Assembly: GCA_031255645.1 (NCBI GenBank) | Contig: JAIRSC010000090.1 | Span: 10,927-74,926, forward strand | Length of the DNA: 64,000 nucleotides | Reading direction: 5' to 3' | Source of the DNA: Treponema sp. | Lineage (GTDB): Bacteria; Spirochaetota; Spirochaetia; Treponematales; Breznakiellaceae | Part shown: positions 55,223 through 64,000 of the stretch, one piece after another | How positions within the stretch are numbered: position 1 is the first letter of the stretch | Layout: every line of letters starts with the position of its first letter | Notes under the pieces: generated by a model | What the model saw: only the letters and a program-made list of their open reading frames with translations | Told to the model about the DNA's origin: nothing | The model's database searches: none | Program-made: the position numbers and the translations under genes

Positions 55223-57153
55223 ACAAAACAGCACTTTTTGCGGGCGGCGCGGCCCTGGCCCTGCTTATTGCCGCGACGGCGTTTTTTTTCCTTGCCGGAC
55301 GGGGTTCGGCCGGGGGAGATATTGCCGGGGGAAGTCTGGGCGCCGCGCGGGACAATACCCTGCGGCTCGCCGGTGAATATATCGATCAGGGAGAATACCA
55401 GCGGGCGCTGGATCTTTTGGACGGCCTTCTTATCGCCAACCCTGACGACGAGCAGGCAAGAAACCTGAGAGATGAGGCGCTGAGGGTGAAACAGGGCCTT
55501 GCCCTGACGGACGGCGCGGCGGGTACGGAAACCGCCGGAACGGGAAACGCCGGAACGGAAGAGGCCGGGCCGGGAATGGCCGCGGGCGGCCGGAACCGGG
55601 AAACCGAAAACCGGGAGGCCTCCGCGGCTTCGGCGGCCGCCGAGGCCCTGGCTGCCGAAGCCGCCTCGGCGGCAAGACGGCGGGCCGAAGCCGAAGAACT
55701 TGCCCGCGCCTCGGCGGCCGTCCAGGCCCAGATGAAAGAGGTCAACGCCCTGGTCGAACAAGGCAGGGCGGCGGTACGGCGGAACGATTTTGACGCCGCC
55801 GAAGAAAGCTTTTCCCGGGCCCTGTCGAAACTGCCCCGCGGAGAAACCCGTTTTGAGGCCCAAAAGCACGCGGAAATTTCCGACGCGTGGTACGACGGCT
55901 TTGTCAGGAACAACGGCAGCGCCCTGGGAGAAACGGCGGCGAAAAACGCCGTGTCCGGCGCGCAGGAATCGATACGGAAAGATCCGGCCCTGGCCCTTCC
56001 CCACTATACGCTGGGCAAAATAAACCGGGACCGGGGCAACTGGCTCGGCGCCGAAACGGCCTTTGCGGAGGCGGCAAAACTGGATCCGAACAACTACCTT
56101 TACGCCTTCGATCTTGGCAGGAGCAGTTTCCGTACCGGAAAATACGAGAACGCCCGTGTCGCGTTTGAAAGCGCCGTCAAACTCAACGCCGATTTTGAGC
56201 CGGCCTGGTATAACCTTGGCGGAACCTACGCCGTCCTGAGAAGGAGCGACAACGCGCTGGCCGCCTACCGCAGGGCGGTCACGATAAAAAACGATTATGC
56301 CGTCGCCCACAGGGAAATCGGGCGGATTCTTTCGGCAAAACGGGACTACAGGGGCGCGATAGATTCCTTTAACAAGGCCATCACCTATAACCCCGGTGAC
56401 ATCGCCTCGCTTCGGGATTTGGGCTACGCCCAAAACCAGGCGGGCCAGAACCAGGCCGCCGAAACCTCGTTCGCCCAGGCCCTTGTTTCCGATCCCGGCG
56501 ATCCCCAGACAAACGACAATATGGCTATCGTCAAGATTGCCCTTGAAAAATATCCCGAGGCGGTACAGTACGCGAAAAAAGCCGCCGCCGCCGCGCCGGC
56601 CGTCGCGCGGTATTCCTATACCCTCGGCCTGGCCAGTGAAAAGGCGGGCGATCTTGACGCGGCGATAAGCGCCTATAAAAACGCGGCGCGGGATCCTTCC
56701 TACACGCGGCCCAGAATCAACCTGGGGCTTCTCTACCTGGAGAACGGGTTTCTCAACGAAGCCCTTTCGTATCTTATGGAAGCCTACAGAGCCGAGCCGT
56801 CTTCGTTTGAGGTAAACAACAATCTGGGAAACGTCTATGTCCGCATGGAAAACTGGGACGCCGCGGTGGAACGCTACAGGGCGGCCCTTTCCCGGCAGAG
56901 CGCGAACGTAACGGTCAGGATGAACCTTGCCAGGGCCTATGTAAAGGCGGGGAACTTTCCCCTGGCAAAGGAAGCGTATCTTGAAGTGCTCAAACTTGCC
57001 CCGATGAACTACGACGCCCTGTTTGAGCTGGGTAAAACCTGCGCCGGTACGGGAGACACCGCGGCGGCGAAACAGTACCTTGCCAGCCTTCTTGAAAAAA
57101 ACCCCTCCTATACCGGCAGGGCCGAAGCGGAAAAGCTTCTCGCTGAACTATGA
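55219..57153 (+). CDS. large TPR-repeat protein (N-terminal anchor, Ala/Glu-rich linker, about 10 TPRs)
   Basis: 644 aa. ATGA overlap with the upstream TPR gene. Repeated A..F..A(L/V)..(D/N)P....(A/Y)..LG motifs. Confidence 0.75.
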   Translation: MNKTALFAGGAALALLIAATAFFFLAGRGSAGGDIAGGSLGAARDNTLRLAGEYIDQGEYQRALDLLDGLLIANPDDEQARNLRDEALRVKQGLALTDGAAGTETAGTGNAGTEEAGPGMAAGGRNRETENREASAASAAAEALAAEAASAARRRAEAEELARASAAVQAQMKEVNALVEQGRAAVRRNDFDAAEESFSRALSKLPRGETRFEAQKHAEISDAWYDGFVRNNGSALGETAAKNAVSGAQESIRKDPALALPHYTLGKINRDRGNWLGAETAFAEAAKLDPNNYLYAFDLGRSSFRTGKYENARVAFESAVKLNADFEPAWYNLGGTYAVLRRSDNALAAYRRAVTIKNDYAVAHREIGRILSAKRDYRGAIDSFNKAITYNPGDIASLRDLGYAQNQAGQNQAAETSFAQALVSDPGDPQTNDNMAIVKIALEKYPEAVQYAKKAAAAAPAVARYSYTLGLASEKAGDLDAAISAYKNAARDPSYTRPRINLGLLYLENGFLNEALSYLMEAYRAEPSSFEVNNNLGNVYVRMENWDAAVERYRAALSRQSANVTVRMNLARAYVKAGNFPLAKEAYLEVLKLAPMNYDALFELGKTCAGTGDTAAAKQYLASLLEKNPSYTGRAEAEKLLAEL

Positions 57154-58277
57154 TCCAGGACGGCAAAAATCCCGAAAAGCGTTTTTCGGTACAAAACATC
57201 GTATTCGGCGCGATACTCATCATCCTCTTTATTCTCGTATGCCGGCTTTTCGCCCCGTTTTTTACCGTTCTTTTGTGGTCGATCCTTTTTTACGTGCTGC
57301 TCAGCCCGCTTCACGAAAAGCTCGTGTCCTCTCTGGACCGGACAAAGCTCAAGGGAATGATCCTCCGCAGCGTATGGGCGGCCGTTTTTTCGCTGGGGAC
57401 GGTGGTCATCATACTTATCCCGCTTGTTTTTATCGGGTTTCAGTTTTTCAGGCAGGTTACGGACTTAATCTACCTTGTCAGGAATTACCTGAGCTCCCAT
57501 TCCGGGCAGGAAATGGAGGTGTCGCTCTTTGAAGAGATCGCCAAAAAGATAGCGGATATTAGTTCGGGCCAGATTGTTTTCAGCGCCGCCGAAATCCGCT
57601 CAAGGCTCTTTGCCTTCCTGAGTTCCGGCCTGCAGAACCTTTTGCAGTTTTCGCGCGATATTGTGATGAACGTGGGCTATTTTTTCACGGGGCTCGCGTT
57701 TATGGTGTTCAGCCTTTTTTTCTTTTTCCTTGACGGCGTGTACCTTTCGCGTCTTGTTCTCCACGTTGTCCCGATACGGCAGGACTACATGACGGCCCTG
57801 GTGAGAAAATTCAAGGAGATAACAAAAAACCTTGTGCTGGGCTACATTATGGTCGCCCTGGTGCAGGCGTTTATGGCGTTTATCGTATTTTCGATTTTCA
57901 AGGTTACAGGCGCCCTTGTCTTTGCCTCCCTTATTTTTTTCTGCGCCTTTATCCCGATATTCGGCGCGGGCATTGTGTGGCTTCCGCTGGGCCTGCTGCG
58001 GATTTTTTACGGGGATATCGGCGGGGGTATTCTTTTTCTTGCCGTTTCGGGTATATTTATCTCGACGCTGGACAACCTGCTTCGCCCTGTTTTTTTGAAA
58101 GACAGAATACAGCTTCATCCGCTGATAATTTTCTTTGCCATACTGGGGGGCATAAGCCTTTTTGGATTTAAGGGGATTATCCTCGGCCCCATGGTGGTGA
58201 TTCTTTTTCTTACCGTACTGGATCTTTTCCTTACGGAACACAAGATTGAACAGGGAGCCTGTCCCAAAACTAATTGA
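57150..58277 (+). CDS. AI-2E family transporter (PerM/UPF0118)
   Basis: 375 aa with about 8 TM helices. IPIFGAGIVWLP and the LRPVFL..R...HPL block are typical. ATGA overlap with the TPR gene. Confidence 0.75.
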   Translation: MIQDGKNPEKRFSVQNIVFGAILIILFILVCRLFAPFFTVLLWSILFYVLLSPLHEKLVSSLDRTKLKGMILRSVWAAVFSLGTVVIILIPLVFIGFQFFRQVTDLIYLVRNYLSSHSGQEMEVSLFEEIAKKIADISSGQIVFSAAEIRSRLFAFLSSGLQNLLQFSRDIVMNVGYFFTGLAFMVFSLFFFFLDGVYLSRLVLHVVPIRQDYMTALVRKFKEITKNLVLGYIMVALVQAFMAFIVFSIFKVTGALVFASLIFFCAFIPIFGAGIVWLPLGLLRIFYGDIGGGILFLAVSGIFISTLDNLLRPVFLKDRIQLHPLIIFFAILGGISLFGFKGIILGPMVVILFLTVLDLFLTEHKIEQGACPKTN

Positions 58278-58313
58278 CTGTGCGCTGCGCGCACGGCTTT
58301 TGGACAGGCTCTT

Positions 58314-58347
58314 GCGGTTTTTCAGGCCTTCAGCCTTGCAAAACCGC
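58314..58347 (+). other. hairpin after the AI-2E gene
   Basis: GCGGTTTT ... AAAACCGC outer stem with an inner AGGC/GCCT stem. Confidence 0.4.
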
Positions 58348-58360
58348 GAATTTCAAGGTT

Positions 58361-58391
58361 GCTTTCCCAAAAACTGAAGTTTTGGGAAAGC
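58361..58391 (+). repeat. 12-bp-arm / 7-nt-loop inverted repeat followed by CTCCAGGA, upstream of the ACT gene
   Basis: GCTTTCCCAAAA-ACTGAAG-TTTTGGGAAAGC. Same architecture and flanks as 15515-15545. Confidence 0.6.
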
Positions 58392-58433
58392 CTCCAGGAA
58401 CAGAATTAAGCGGCGTCGTCGAACGGGGGCAGC

Positions 58434-58703
58434 ATGAACGCAATTATTACCGTCGTGGGAACCGACAAGGTCGGGATCATCGCCAGGGTCAGCGCCTTTC
58501 TCGCCGACCGGAACATCAACATTGAAGATATAAGCCAGACCATACTGTCGGGAAATTTTGTCATGATGATGATGGTGGATCTTTCCAAAAGCAGCAAAGC
58601 CCTGGAAGACGTAAAGGCCGAGCTTGCCGAAATGGGAAGCGTGATGGGCGTCTCCATCAGCCTGATGCACGAAAAGGTGTTCAGCGCCATGCACCGCATT
58701 TAG
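58434..58703 (+). CDS. ACT-domain protein (UPF0237 family)
   Basis: 89 aa. [36 protein letters not shown] is the typical UPF0237 ACT start. Confidence 0.8.
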   Translation: MNAIITVVGTDKVGIIARVSAFLADRNINIEDISQTILSGNFVMMMMVDLSKSSKALEDVKAELAEMGSVMGVSISLMHEKVFSAMHRI

Positions 58704-58711
58704 GAAAACCG

Positions 58712-60073
58712 ATGCTTTTTACGCCTGTGGAAATAAAAGAAACGGTGGATATGTTCCTCCGCTACAAGCTCGACATCAGGGCCATTACGCTGGGGGTTTC
58801 CCTGCTGGACTGCGCCGCCTCGGCGGGAGCCGAAACCAGGCGCAGGATACGGGAAAAACTGTTCCGTCTTGCCGGCCCCCTTGTGCGGACGGGCCGGGAA
58901 ATCGAGCTGGAATACGGCATACCGATTATCAACAAGCGCGTTTCGGTTACGCCGCTCGCCCTTGTCGCCGCCGCGTCGGACGATACGGACTACGCTCCCT
59001 ACGCCGTCCTTCTCGACGAAATCGCCGGAGAGCTGGGCGTCGACTTTGTCGGGGGCTTTTCGGCCCTGGTGCAGAAGGGTTTTTCGGAGGGAGACAGGAA
59101 GCTTATCGATTCGATTCCCCGCGCCCTTTCTTCCACGGAGCGGGTCTGCGCGTCGGTAAACGTCGCCTCGACAAAAAGCGGCGTCAACATGGACGCGGTA
59201 AGGCGCATGGGGGAAGTGATAAAGGAAACCGCCGAAAAAACCGCCGCCAGGGACGGTCTTGGCTGCGCAAAACTTGTCGTGTTCTGCAACGCCCCGGAAG
59301 ACAACCCGTTTATGGCCGGCGCTTTTCACGGCCCCGGCGAAGGGGAAAGCTGCCTTAACGTCGGCGTTTCCGGCCCCGGCGTCGTCAGGGCGGCGCTTGA
59401 GGAAAGGCCGGACGCGGACTTTGACGAAATCGCCGAGATTATCAAAAAAACCGCGTTCAAGATTACCCGCATGGGGCAGCTTGTCGGCATGGAAGCGGCG
59501 AAGCGCCTGGGGGTTCCGTTCGGCATACTCGACCTTTCCCTCGCGCCGACCCCGGAGGTGGGCGATTCCGTCGCCCGTATCCTTGAGACAATGGGTCTTG
59601 AGGCGGCGGGAACCCACGGCACGACGGCGGCGCTTGCCCTGCTGACCGATCTTGTCAAGAAGGGCGGGGTTATGGCCAGCGCCCGGGTCGGCGGATTTTC
59701 CGGGGCCTTTATCCCCGTTTCGGAGGACGAGGGCATGGCCGCCGCCGTCAGGTCGGGCGCGATTAGCCTCGACAAGCTTGAGGCGATGACCAGCGTCTGC
59801 TCGGTCGGCCTCGACATGATAGCCCTTCCCGGCGACACGAGCGCGGCTACGCTGTCGGCCATCATCGCCGACGAAATGGTTATCGGCATGGTAAACGGCA
59901 AAACCACGGCGGTCAGGGTTATTCCGGTACCGGGGAAAAAGGCCGGGGACTGGGCGGAGTTCGGCGGTCTTTTGGGCGGCGCCCCGATTATGCCGGTTCA
60001 TTCGGCAAAGAGCGACGTTTTTATCGCCCGCGGCGGCCGGATTCCCGCGCCGATTCACAGTTTCCGGAATTGA
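58712..60073 (+). CDS. UPF0210 (DUF711, PFL-like) protein
   Basis: 453 aa. [23 protein letters not shown] and the conserved pairing with UPF0237 immediately upstream. Confidence 0.8.
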   Translation: MLFTPVEIKETVDMFLRYKLDIRAITLGVSLLDCAASAGAETRRRIREKLFRLAGPLVRTGREIELEYGIPIINKRVSVTPLALVAAASDDTDYAPYAVLLDEIAGELGVDFVGGFSALVQKGFSEGDRKLIDSIPRALSSTERVCASVNVASTKSGVNMDAVRRMGEVIKETAEKTAARDGLGCAKLVVFCNAPEDNPFMAGAFHGPGEGESCLNVGVSGPGVVRAALEERPDADFDEIAEIIKKTAFKITRMGQLVGMEAAKRLGVPFGILDLSLAPTPEVGDSVARILETMGLEAAGTHGTTAALALLTDLVKKGGVMASARVGGFSGAFIPVSEDEGMAAAVRSGAISLDKLEAMTSVCSVGLDMIALPGDTSAATLSAIIADEMVIGMVNGKTTAVRVIPVPGKKAGDWAEFGGLLGGAPIMPVHSAKSDVFIARGGRIPAPIHSFRN

Positions 60074-60161
60074 CCCCGGCGCAAAGCCCTGTCACGGCAT
60101 AAGGTGTACGCGGTCATAAAACCACTGTTACGTTCCATGGCTATTATTTACGGGCGCTAAG

Positions 60162-61778
60162 TCATGTACCCCAATTGATGGGTGAGGAGGTACTGAGGTT
60201 AACACCCGTTCCCGCGGTAGCGTCCCGCCACTGTCCTGCAGCTGTGTATACCGCGGGGCCGCTGGTGGTAGTGCTGGCGATGTTTCTGTCGCTTCCCCCA
60301 TTACTACCATAGATAATACTGTTACCCGTTTTGTTGAAGATTCCGCCGGCGGCGACATACACCCCGCCGCCGTTATTGGAGGCCTCGTTGCCACTGATGA
60401 TTCCGCCAGTCATGGTGAAGGGTCTGTTCATATCCAAATACACGCCGCCGCCGTTGTAGGCCGTGTGCTTCTTGATAGTTCCGCCGCTCATGGTGAAGGT
60501 TCCGGTATTGGTTATATACACCCCGCCGCCCCATCTGGAGCTGGAGACTATGTTATCGCTGATGGTTCCGCCCTCCATGTTGAAGGTTCCGGCGGTAACA
60601 TACACCCCGCCTCCGCCGCTACCGGGGCCCGTGCTCGTGGACATGTTACTGCTGATCTCCGCACTGCCGCTCATGTTTAACTGTCCGCTAAATACACTCA
60701 CCCCGCCGCCGTTAGCGGCTGTGTTATCATTGATGGTTCCGCCGCTCATAGTGAAGTTTTTGGTAGTGCCAAAAAACACCCCGCCGCCGGAGCCGGTCGT
60801 GGCCTCGTTGTGGTGGATGGTTCCGCTATACATGTTGAAGTTTCCGTTGCTACTGACAAAATTCACCCCGCCGCCGCTGCTGGCCTCGTTGTCGTGGATG
60901 GTTCCGCCGTTCATATTGAAGTCTCCATTGGCTACAAACACTCCGCCGCCGGGGCTGGTGGTCTCATTGTAGCTGATCTCCGCGCCGCCGCTCATATTAA
61001 AGGTTCCGCTGTTTACATGCACCCCGCCGCCGTTGCCGTTTGGGGCAATGCCTGTGACCGTGTTGCCGCTGATCTTCGCGTTGCCGCTCATGTTAAAGGT
61101 TCCGCCGTTTACAAGCACCCCGCCGCCTGTGTTGACAGCCGTGTTGCTCTCAATGGTTCCGCCGTTCATTTTGAAGATTCCGCCGCCGGCTACAAGTACC
61201 CCGCCGCCGTCGTTGCCGTTTCCCCCAGTCAACGTAAGATTGCCTTCCAGGGTTACGTCCGCGTTCTGTACATTGAGTACCCGCAGTGTGGCCCCACCCT
61301 GGATCTCGTTGGTTCCCATTCCGTCTCCCGCCAGAATAATGGGGGGATACTCGCCGTAGAGGCCGATACCGGCGGTGTCGCTAATAATGACCCGATTGGT
61401 TCCATCGCCTCCCGTTGTAATCGTCCCTTTAATCATGATTTTGGCCGCCGCCGGGGGCCAGGCCGGGTTGGCGCTCTTCTGGTAATTCGGCCAGGAACTG
61501 TCATAGGTGTTAGATATCACTTGCAACGCCCTGCCCACTGTGGCGAAGGGATTGTCCCGGGAGCCGTCGCCGGTGGCATCGTTCCCCGCCGGAGAAGATG
61601 AGGACGAGGCCACATAAACGGTCATGTGCAAGGGGTATCCCGCATTTTCTTCGGGATAGAAGGGGGCCAGAATACTCCGCATCCAGGGGTTCCCGCAGCC
61701 CGCGAAAAGCGCAAGGGCGGCGGCGAGAAAGAGCAATCGCCGGGTTCCTCTTGCCTTTGTGTATGCGGTCGTTTTCAT
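60162..61778 (-). CDS. surface lipoprotein built of about 11 GGGV-type parallel beta-helix (Pmp-like) repeats
   Basis: 538 aa. Lipobox LALFAGC, then repeats of 24-30 aa of the form GGGV(Y/F/L)V..G.F.M.GGTI..N.A. RBS AGGAGG. Confidence 0.7.
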   Translation of the reverse strand: MKTTAYTKARGTRRLLFLAAALALFAGCGNPWMRSILAPFYPEENAGYPLHMTVYVASSSSSPAGNDATGDGSRDNPFATVGRALQVISNTYDSSWPNYQKSANPAWPPAAAKIMIKGTITTGGDGTNRVIISDTAGIGLYGEYPPIILAGDGMGTNEIQGGATLRVLNVQNADVTLEGNLTLTGGNGNDGGGVLVAGGGIFKMNGGTIESNTAVNTGGGVLVNGGTFNMSGNAKISGNTVTGIAPNGNGGGVHVNSGTFNMSGGAEISYNETTSPGGGVFVANGDFNMNGGTIHDNEASSGGGVNFVSSNGNFNMYSGTIHHNEATTGSGGGVFFGTTKNFTMSGGTINDNTAANGGGVSVFSGQLNMSGSAEISSNMSTSTGPGSGGGGVYVTAGTFNMEGGTISDNIVSSSRWGGGVYITNTGTFTMSGGTIKKHTAYNGGGVYLDMNRPFTMTGGIISGNEASNNGGGVYVAAGGIFNKTGNSIIYGSNGGSDRNIASTTTSGPAVYTAAGQWRDATAGTGVNLSTSSPINWGT

Positions 61779-61826
61779 AGCTTCCTCCTAAAACCGGTAT
61801 CCCGGCAATACAAACAAATTCCCAAA

Positions 61827-62141
61827 CAGGCCGTTTTGCCCCAAAAACGGGCCGTTTTGCCCCAAAAACAGGTCATTCGGAGGTCCGAACAGGTCATTCG
61901 GACATCCGAATAAGTCATTCGGACATCCGAATAAGTCATTTGGCGGCCCAAATAAGTCATTCGGAGGTCCGAATAAGTCATTCGGACATCCGAACAAGTC
62001 ATTCGGACATCCGAATAAGCCATTTGGCGGCCCAAATAAGCCATTTGGCGGCCCAAATAAGCCATTTGGCGGCCCGAATAAGCCATTTGAAGGCCCGAAT
62101 AAGCCATTTGAAGGCCCGAACAAGCCGGGCGGTTTTGGGGC
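61827..62141. repeat. tandem array of 14 clear (plus 1 degenerate) 21-bp units, each with an internal palindrome
   Basis: Units fall in phase every 21 nt: 2x CRGGCCGTTTTGCCCCAAAAA; YARGTCATTCGGA(CA/GG)TCCGAA; TAAG(T/C)CATTTGGCGGCCC(A/G)AA; 2x TAAGCCATTTGAAGGCCCGAA. Intergenic between 62190 and 61778. Confidence 0.9.
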
Positions 62142-62189
62142 CGGAACCGCCGGTATTCAAACGGAAATAAGGGCGGCTGTTTTGATCGT

Positions 62190-62879
62190 CTAGTCCCAGC
62201 TATAGCCAAGTTCCAGCCCGGCGCCCGGCAGTATAATGGCCGGAGCGCTGTCCCCCGCCGCGCCGCCGGAACTGTTTCCCAGCGGATCGGCGGGAACGAG
62301 GAGTTCTTCCGCCGCGTCAAAGGAACGTACCGGCGTATTGCTGGCTTCGTCCACATAACTCATTCCGCCGGCGGCTACGGATACGTTTCTCCCGCCGGTC
62401 AGGAAGTATTGAACGCGCCCCTCGTCTACCCGGAGCCGCTCCGTATCAAATTCAAATGACGTACCCCGGACCGACGCGGTGGCGTTGGGGCTCCTGACGG
62501 TAAAATCGGTTCTTCCCCCGGCGGGCGGCTTTACCTCGGCCCGGACCCTCCCCGTGTGAAGATAGAGGTTTACCTGTTCCGTGTTTTGATCCCTGATTAT
62601 TTCTTCCAGACTCAGGCGGGTTACGGGCCGCAGGGTTATAAGCGAATCTCCCAAAACAAGGACGGCGGTACTTCTAAAGCCGGTCGAGACCAGGGTGTTT
62701 TTTTCTACGCGGTCTCCTTTGGCGGCATTTGTCCAAACCGCCGAACCGGGGGCCTTGACTTCCACCGTTCCGCTTATTTCCCGGAAAAAAGCGGTTTCCT
62801 GGGCGTAAAGGCTCCGGGGAAAAAACAAAACGCCGCTCAACACAAGGGCCAATACAAAAAAATGTTTTCCGTGGTTCAT
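62190..62879 (-). CDS. FecR-domain protein (secreted)
   Basis: 229 aa. Signal peptide, then ISGTVEVKAPGSAVWTNAAKGDRVEKNTLVSTGFRSTAVLVLGDSLITLRPVTRLSL, a typical FecR/DUF4974-type beta-sandwich block. Confidence 0.55.
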   Translation of the reverse strand: MNHGKHFFVLALVLSGVLFFPRSLYAQETAFFREISGTVEVKAPGSAVWTNAAKGDRVEKNTLVSTGFRSTAVLVLGDSLITLRPVTRLSLEEIIRDQNTEQVNLYLHTGRVRAEVKPPAGGRTDFTVRSPNATASVRGTSFEFDTERLRVDEGRVQYFLTGGRNVSVAAGGMSYVDEASNTPVRSFDAAEELLVPADPLGNSSGGAAGDSAPAIILPGAGLELGYSWD

Positions 62880-62894
62880 ATATCCTGTCCTCCA

Positions 62895-64000
62895 CTAAAA
62901 AGAAAAAATCGTTTCCAGAGAAACACGCCACTTGACGGGCGCGCCCGGGCCAAAAGCTTTTCCCAGTTGGGGGAAGAACGCGCCTCCGCCCAGGGTAAAG
63001 GAAATATCCGAAACCGGCGCCCAGACAAGGCCGCCGTAAACTTCGCCCCCAAGCAGGGGGGAACGTGAGAACCTGTCCAGGTCGGGATCGTTGTAGGTGT
63101 GGGAATCGGTTCTGAAAAAATAGGCCGCCCACGCTTCCACGGAAAGGACCGTATGAAGCCGCGCGACATAGCCCAGTTCAGCCAGGGCGAGGCCGGATAT
63201 CGCCGGCCGCAGTACTTTTCCCTGGGCTATGGTGTTGAGGGGAAGAAAAGCCCTCATGGTATCGTTCCAGGACCCGGAAGACAGGCTGATATCCAGGGAC
63301 AGCCGGTCGTTCACGCCGCCCGGAGGAAGCCAGGCTAAACCGCCCGATACGGCAAAACAGAAGCCCGGCGCCCGGCCGTCTTCCTCCAGTATTCCCGCGA
63401 TCGCCCCCAGTCTGGCGTTATAATAATCCGAAAAGGGCAGGGTATATTCGGCCAGGGCGTATTGGGAATGAATTTTTCTGTCCCCGGGAATCTGATCGTC
63501 CGGTTCGTTCAAATCGAACTGTCCGGCGATTCCCAGGTTGAGCGCCGCTTCGGTACCGGCGACAGCCGGAATTTCCCAGTCCAGGGCAAAGGCCAGCCGC
63601 CGGGACGCGAAATACACGCCCCGGTCGTAATAGGCCGAATAGTCGCCGGGGCTGAGCACAATGTGGGCGGCTTTTTTGTACAAAAGCCCGGTATAAAAGG
63701 CGCCCGCGGAAAGCCGTGTTTCTCCCAGGCCGATACTCAAGCCAAGGCCGTCAAAAAGTCCGTTCATCAGCAGATTAAGCGGTTCCCGGTACGCAAGGCG
63801 TCCGGCTTTAAGGCGCGGGCCGGAAGCAAAGCGGTACTCGATTTCAAAACGGTACAGTTCGGGAACCGGCTTCCATTCCCCGCCGGCGTATTCGGCGGAG
63901 ATTCCCCCGGAAAGGTATAGATCGCCCTGTTCCCCAAGGGGGGCGGCGAACCAGGGGACGGCGCTCGCGGTATATTCCATGTTTACCGGGTCGTCCCCGC
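62895..64000 (-). CDS. predicted outer-membrane beta-barrel protein, 5' end probably outside the window
   Basis: Frame stays open upstream of Met-63980 to the window edge, and there is no signal peptide at that Met. Alternating aromatic/glycine strands, C-terminal ...VSLETIFSF. Confidence 0.45.
   Translation of the reverse strand, partial: GDDPVNMEYTASAVPWFAAPLGEQGDLYLSGGISAEYAGGEWKPVPELYRFEIEYRFASGPRLKAGRLAYREPLNLLMNGLFDGLGLSIGLGETRLSAGAFYTGLLYKKAAHIVLSPGDYSAYYDRGVYFASRRLAFALDWEIPAVAGTEAALNLGIAGQFDLNEPDDQIPGDRKIHSQYALAEYTLPFSDYYNARLGAIAGILEEDGRAPGFCFAVSGGLAWLPPGGVNDRLSLDISLSSGSWNDTMRAFLPLNTIAQGKVLRPAISGLALAELGYVARLHTVLSVEAWAAYFFRTDSHTYNDPDLDRFSRSPLLGGEVYGGLVWAPVSDISFTLGGGAFFPQLGKAFGPGAPVKWRVSLETIFSF

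Noticed and set aside
55195-60058. Minus-strand ORFs of 412 aa (55195..56433) and 452 aa (58700..60058), plus many 60-200-aa ORFs rich in R/G/P/A.
   Set aside because: They are antisense to the TPR and UPF0210 genes. This composition is the usual artefact of GC-rich coding regions.
61827-62141. Possible CRISPR array.
   Set aside because: The units are directly abutting 21-mers with no unique spacers, the repeats are shorter than typical CRISPR repeats, and no cas genes are in the window.
61827-62141. Sigma-54 (-24/-12) promoter hidden in the TGGC...TTTGGGC part of the repeat units.
   Set aside because: The GG-to-GC spacing is 9 nt rather than the required 10, and the -12 element is not TTGC-like.
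61775-62356. ORFs spanning the 21-bp array: 193 aa (...SDVRMTY/GRQMAYL heptads), 111 aa (GPPNGLF/GCPNDLF heptads) and the plus-strand 76 aa (SHSDIRI... heptads).
   Set aside because: - They are open only because a 21-bp (7-codon) repeat without stops is open in several frames on both strands.
- They have no SD. The 111-aa ORF would need a TTG start, and none has a signal peptide.
- The 193-aa ORF overlaps the FecR-like gene 3' end.
- Palindrome covariation is better explained at the nucleic-acid level.

Overview
This 64-kb window looks like core chromosome of a moderately GC-rich spirochaete, probably Treponema-like. That placement is an inference from gene content and order: a CfpA-sized filament-like protein, tuf directly preceding rpsJ, and many TPR and lipoprotein genes. 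All calls come from reading the ORF translations and the DNA by eye; no database search was run.

**Layout**
- **1-6.6 kb, minus strand:** housekeeping genes. These are a partial rsmB-like methyltransferase, truA, DUF2225, acpS, cdaR-like, cdaA, folP, an untracked 29-aa basic ORF, miaA and rpoZ.
- **6.7-12.5 kb, plus strand:** a signalling module of two tandem paralogous REC-HD-GYP regulators, a stand-alone FIST protein, and a soluble hybrid histidine kinase with an Hpt domain.
- **12.5-18.8 kb:** ruvC, yebC, a NeuB-family synthase, a PilZ-like ORF, hisS, and a secreted protein with PPC repeats.
- **19-24 kb, minus strand:** a putative envelope export cluster (MMPL/RND exporter, LolA-like protein, predicted beta-barrel).
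- **24.4-29.7 kb:** a second hybrid kinase, a 680-aa CfpA-like gene behind a near-consensus promoter, tRNA-Thr(CGU), and an XRE regulator.
- **29.9-47.0 kb, minus strand:** one continuous rpsL-rpsG-tuf-S10-spc-alpha block. It lacks fusA, adk, map and infA.
- **47.5-60 kb:** split transketolase, an M28-like peptidase, pyridoxal kinase, a cluster of ParB-like, metallophosphoesterase and TPR/Mrr-like genes, two TPR proteins, an AI-2E transporter, and the ACT/UPF0210 pair.
- **60.1-64 kb, minus strand:** a surface-protein locus (beta-helix repeat lipoprotein, FecR-like protein, partial beta-barrel).

**Most unusual signals**
1. About 14 tandem 21-bp units at 61827-62141, each carrying an internal palindrome whose arms covary between unit variants. 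The array sits just upstream of the beta-helix lipoprotein gene.
2. Acidic FGFG low-complexity segments shared by the MMPL exporter and the neighbouring barrel protein.
3. A recurring hairpin-plus-leader module found at several start codons.
4. An untracked bS22/AURKAIP1-like mini-ORF at 5161-5250.
5. In-frame minisatellites in pyridoxal kinase and in a TPR protein.

I did not see a canonical defence island, CRISPR array, rRNA gene or transposase.
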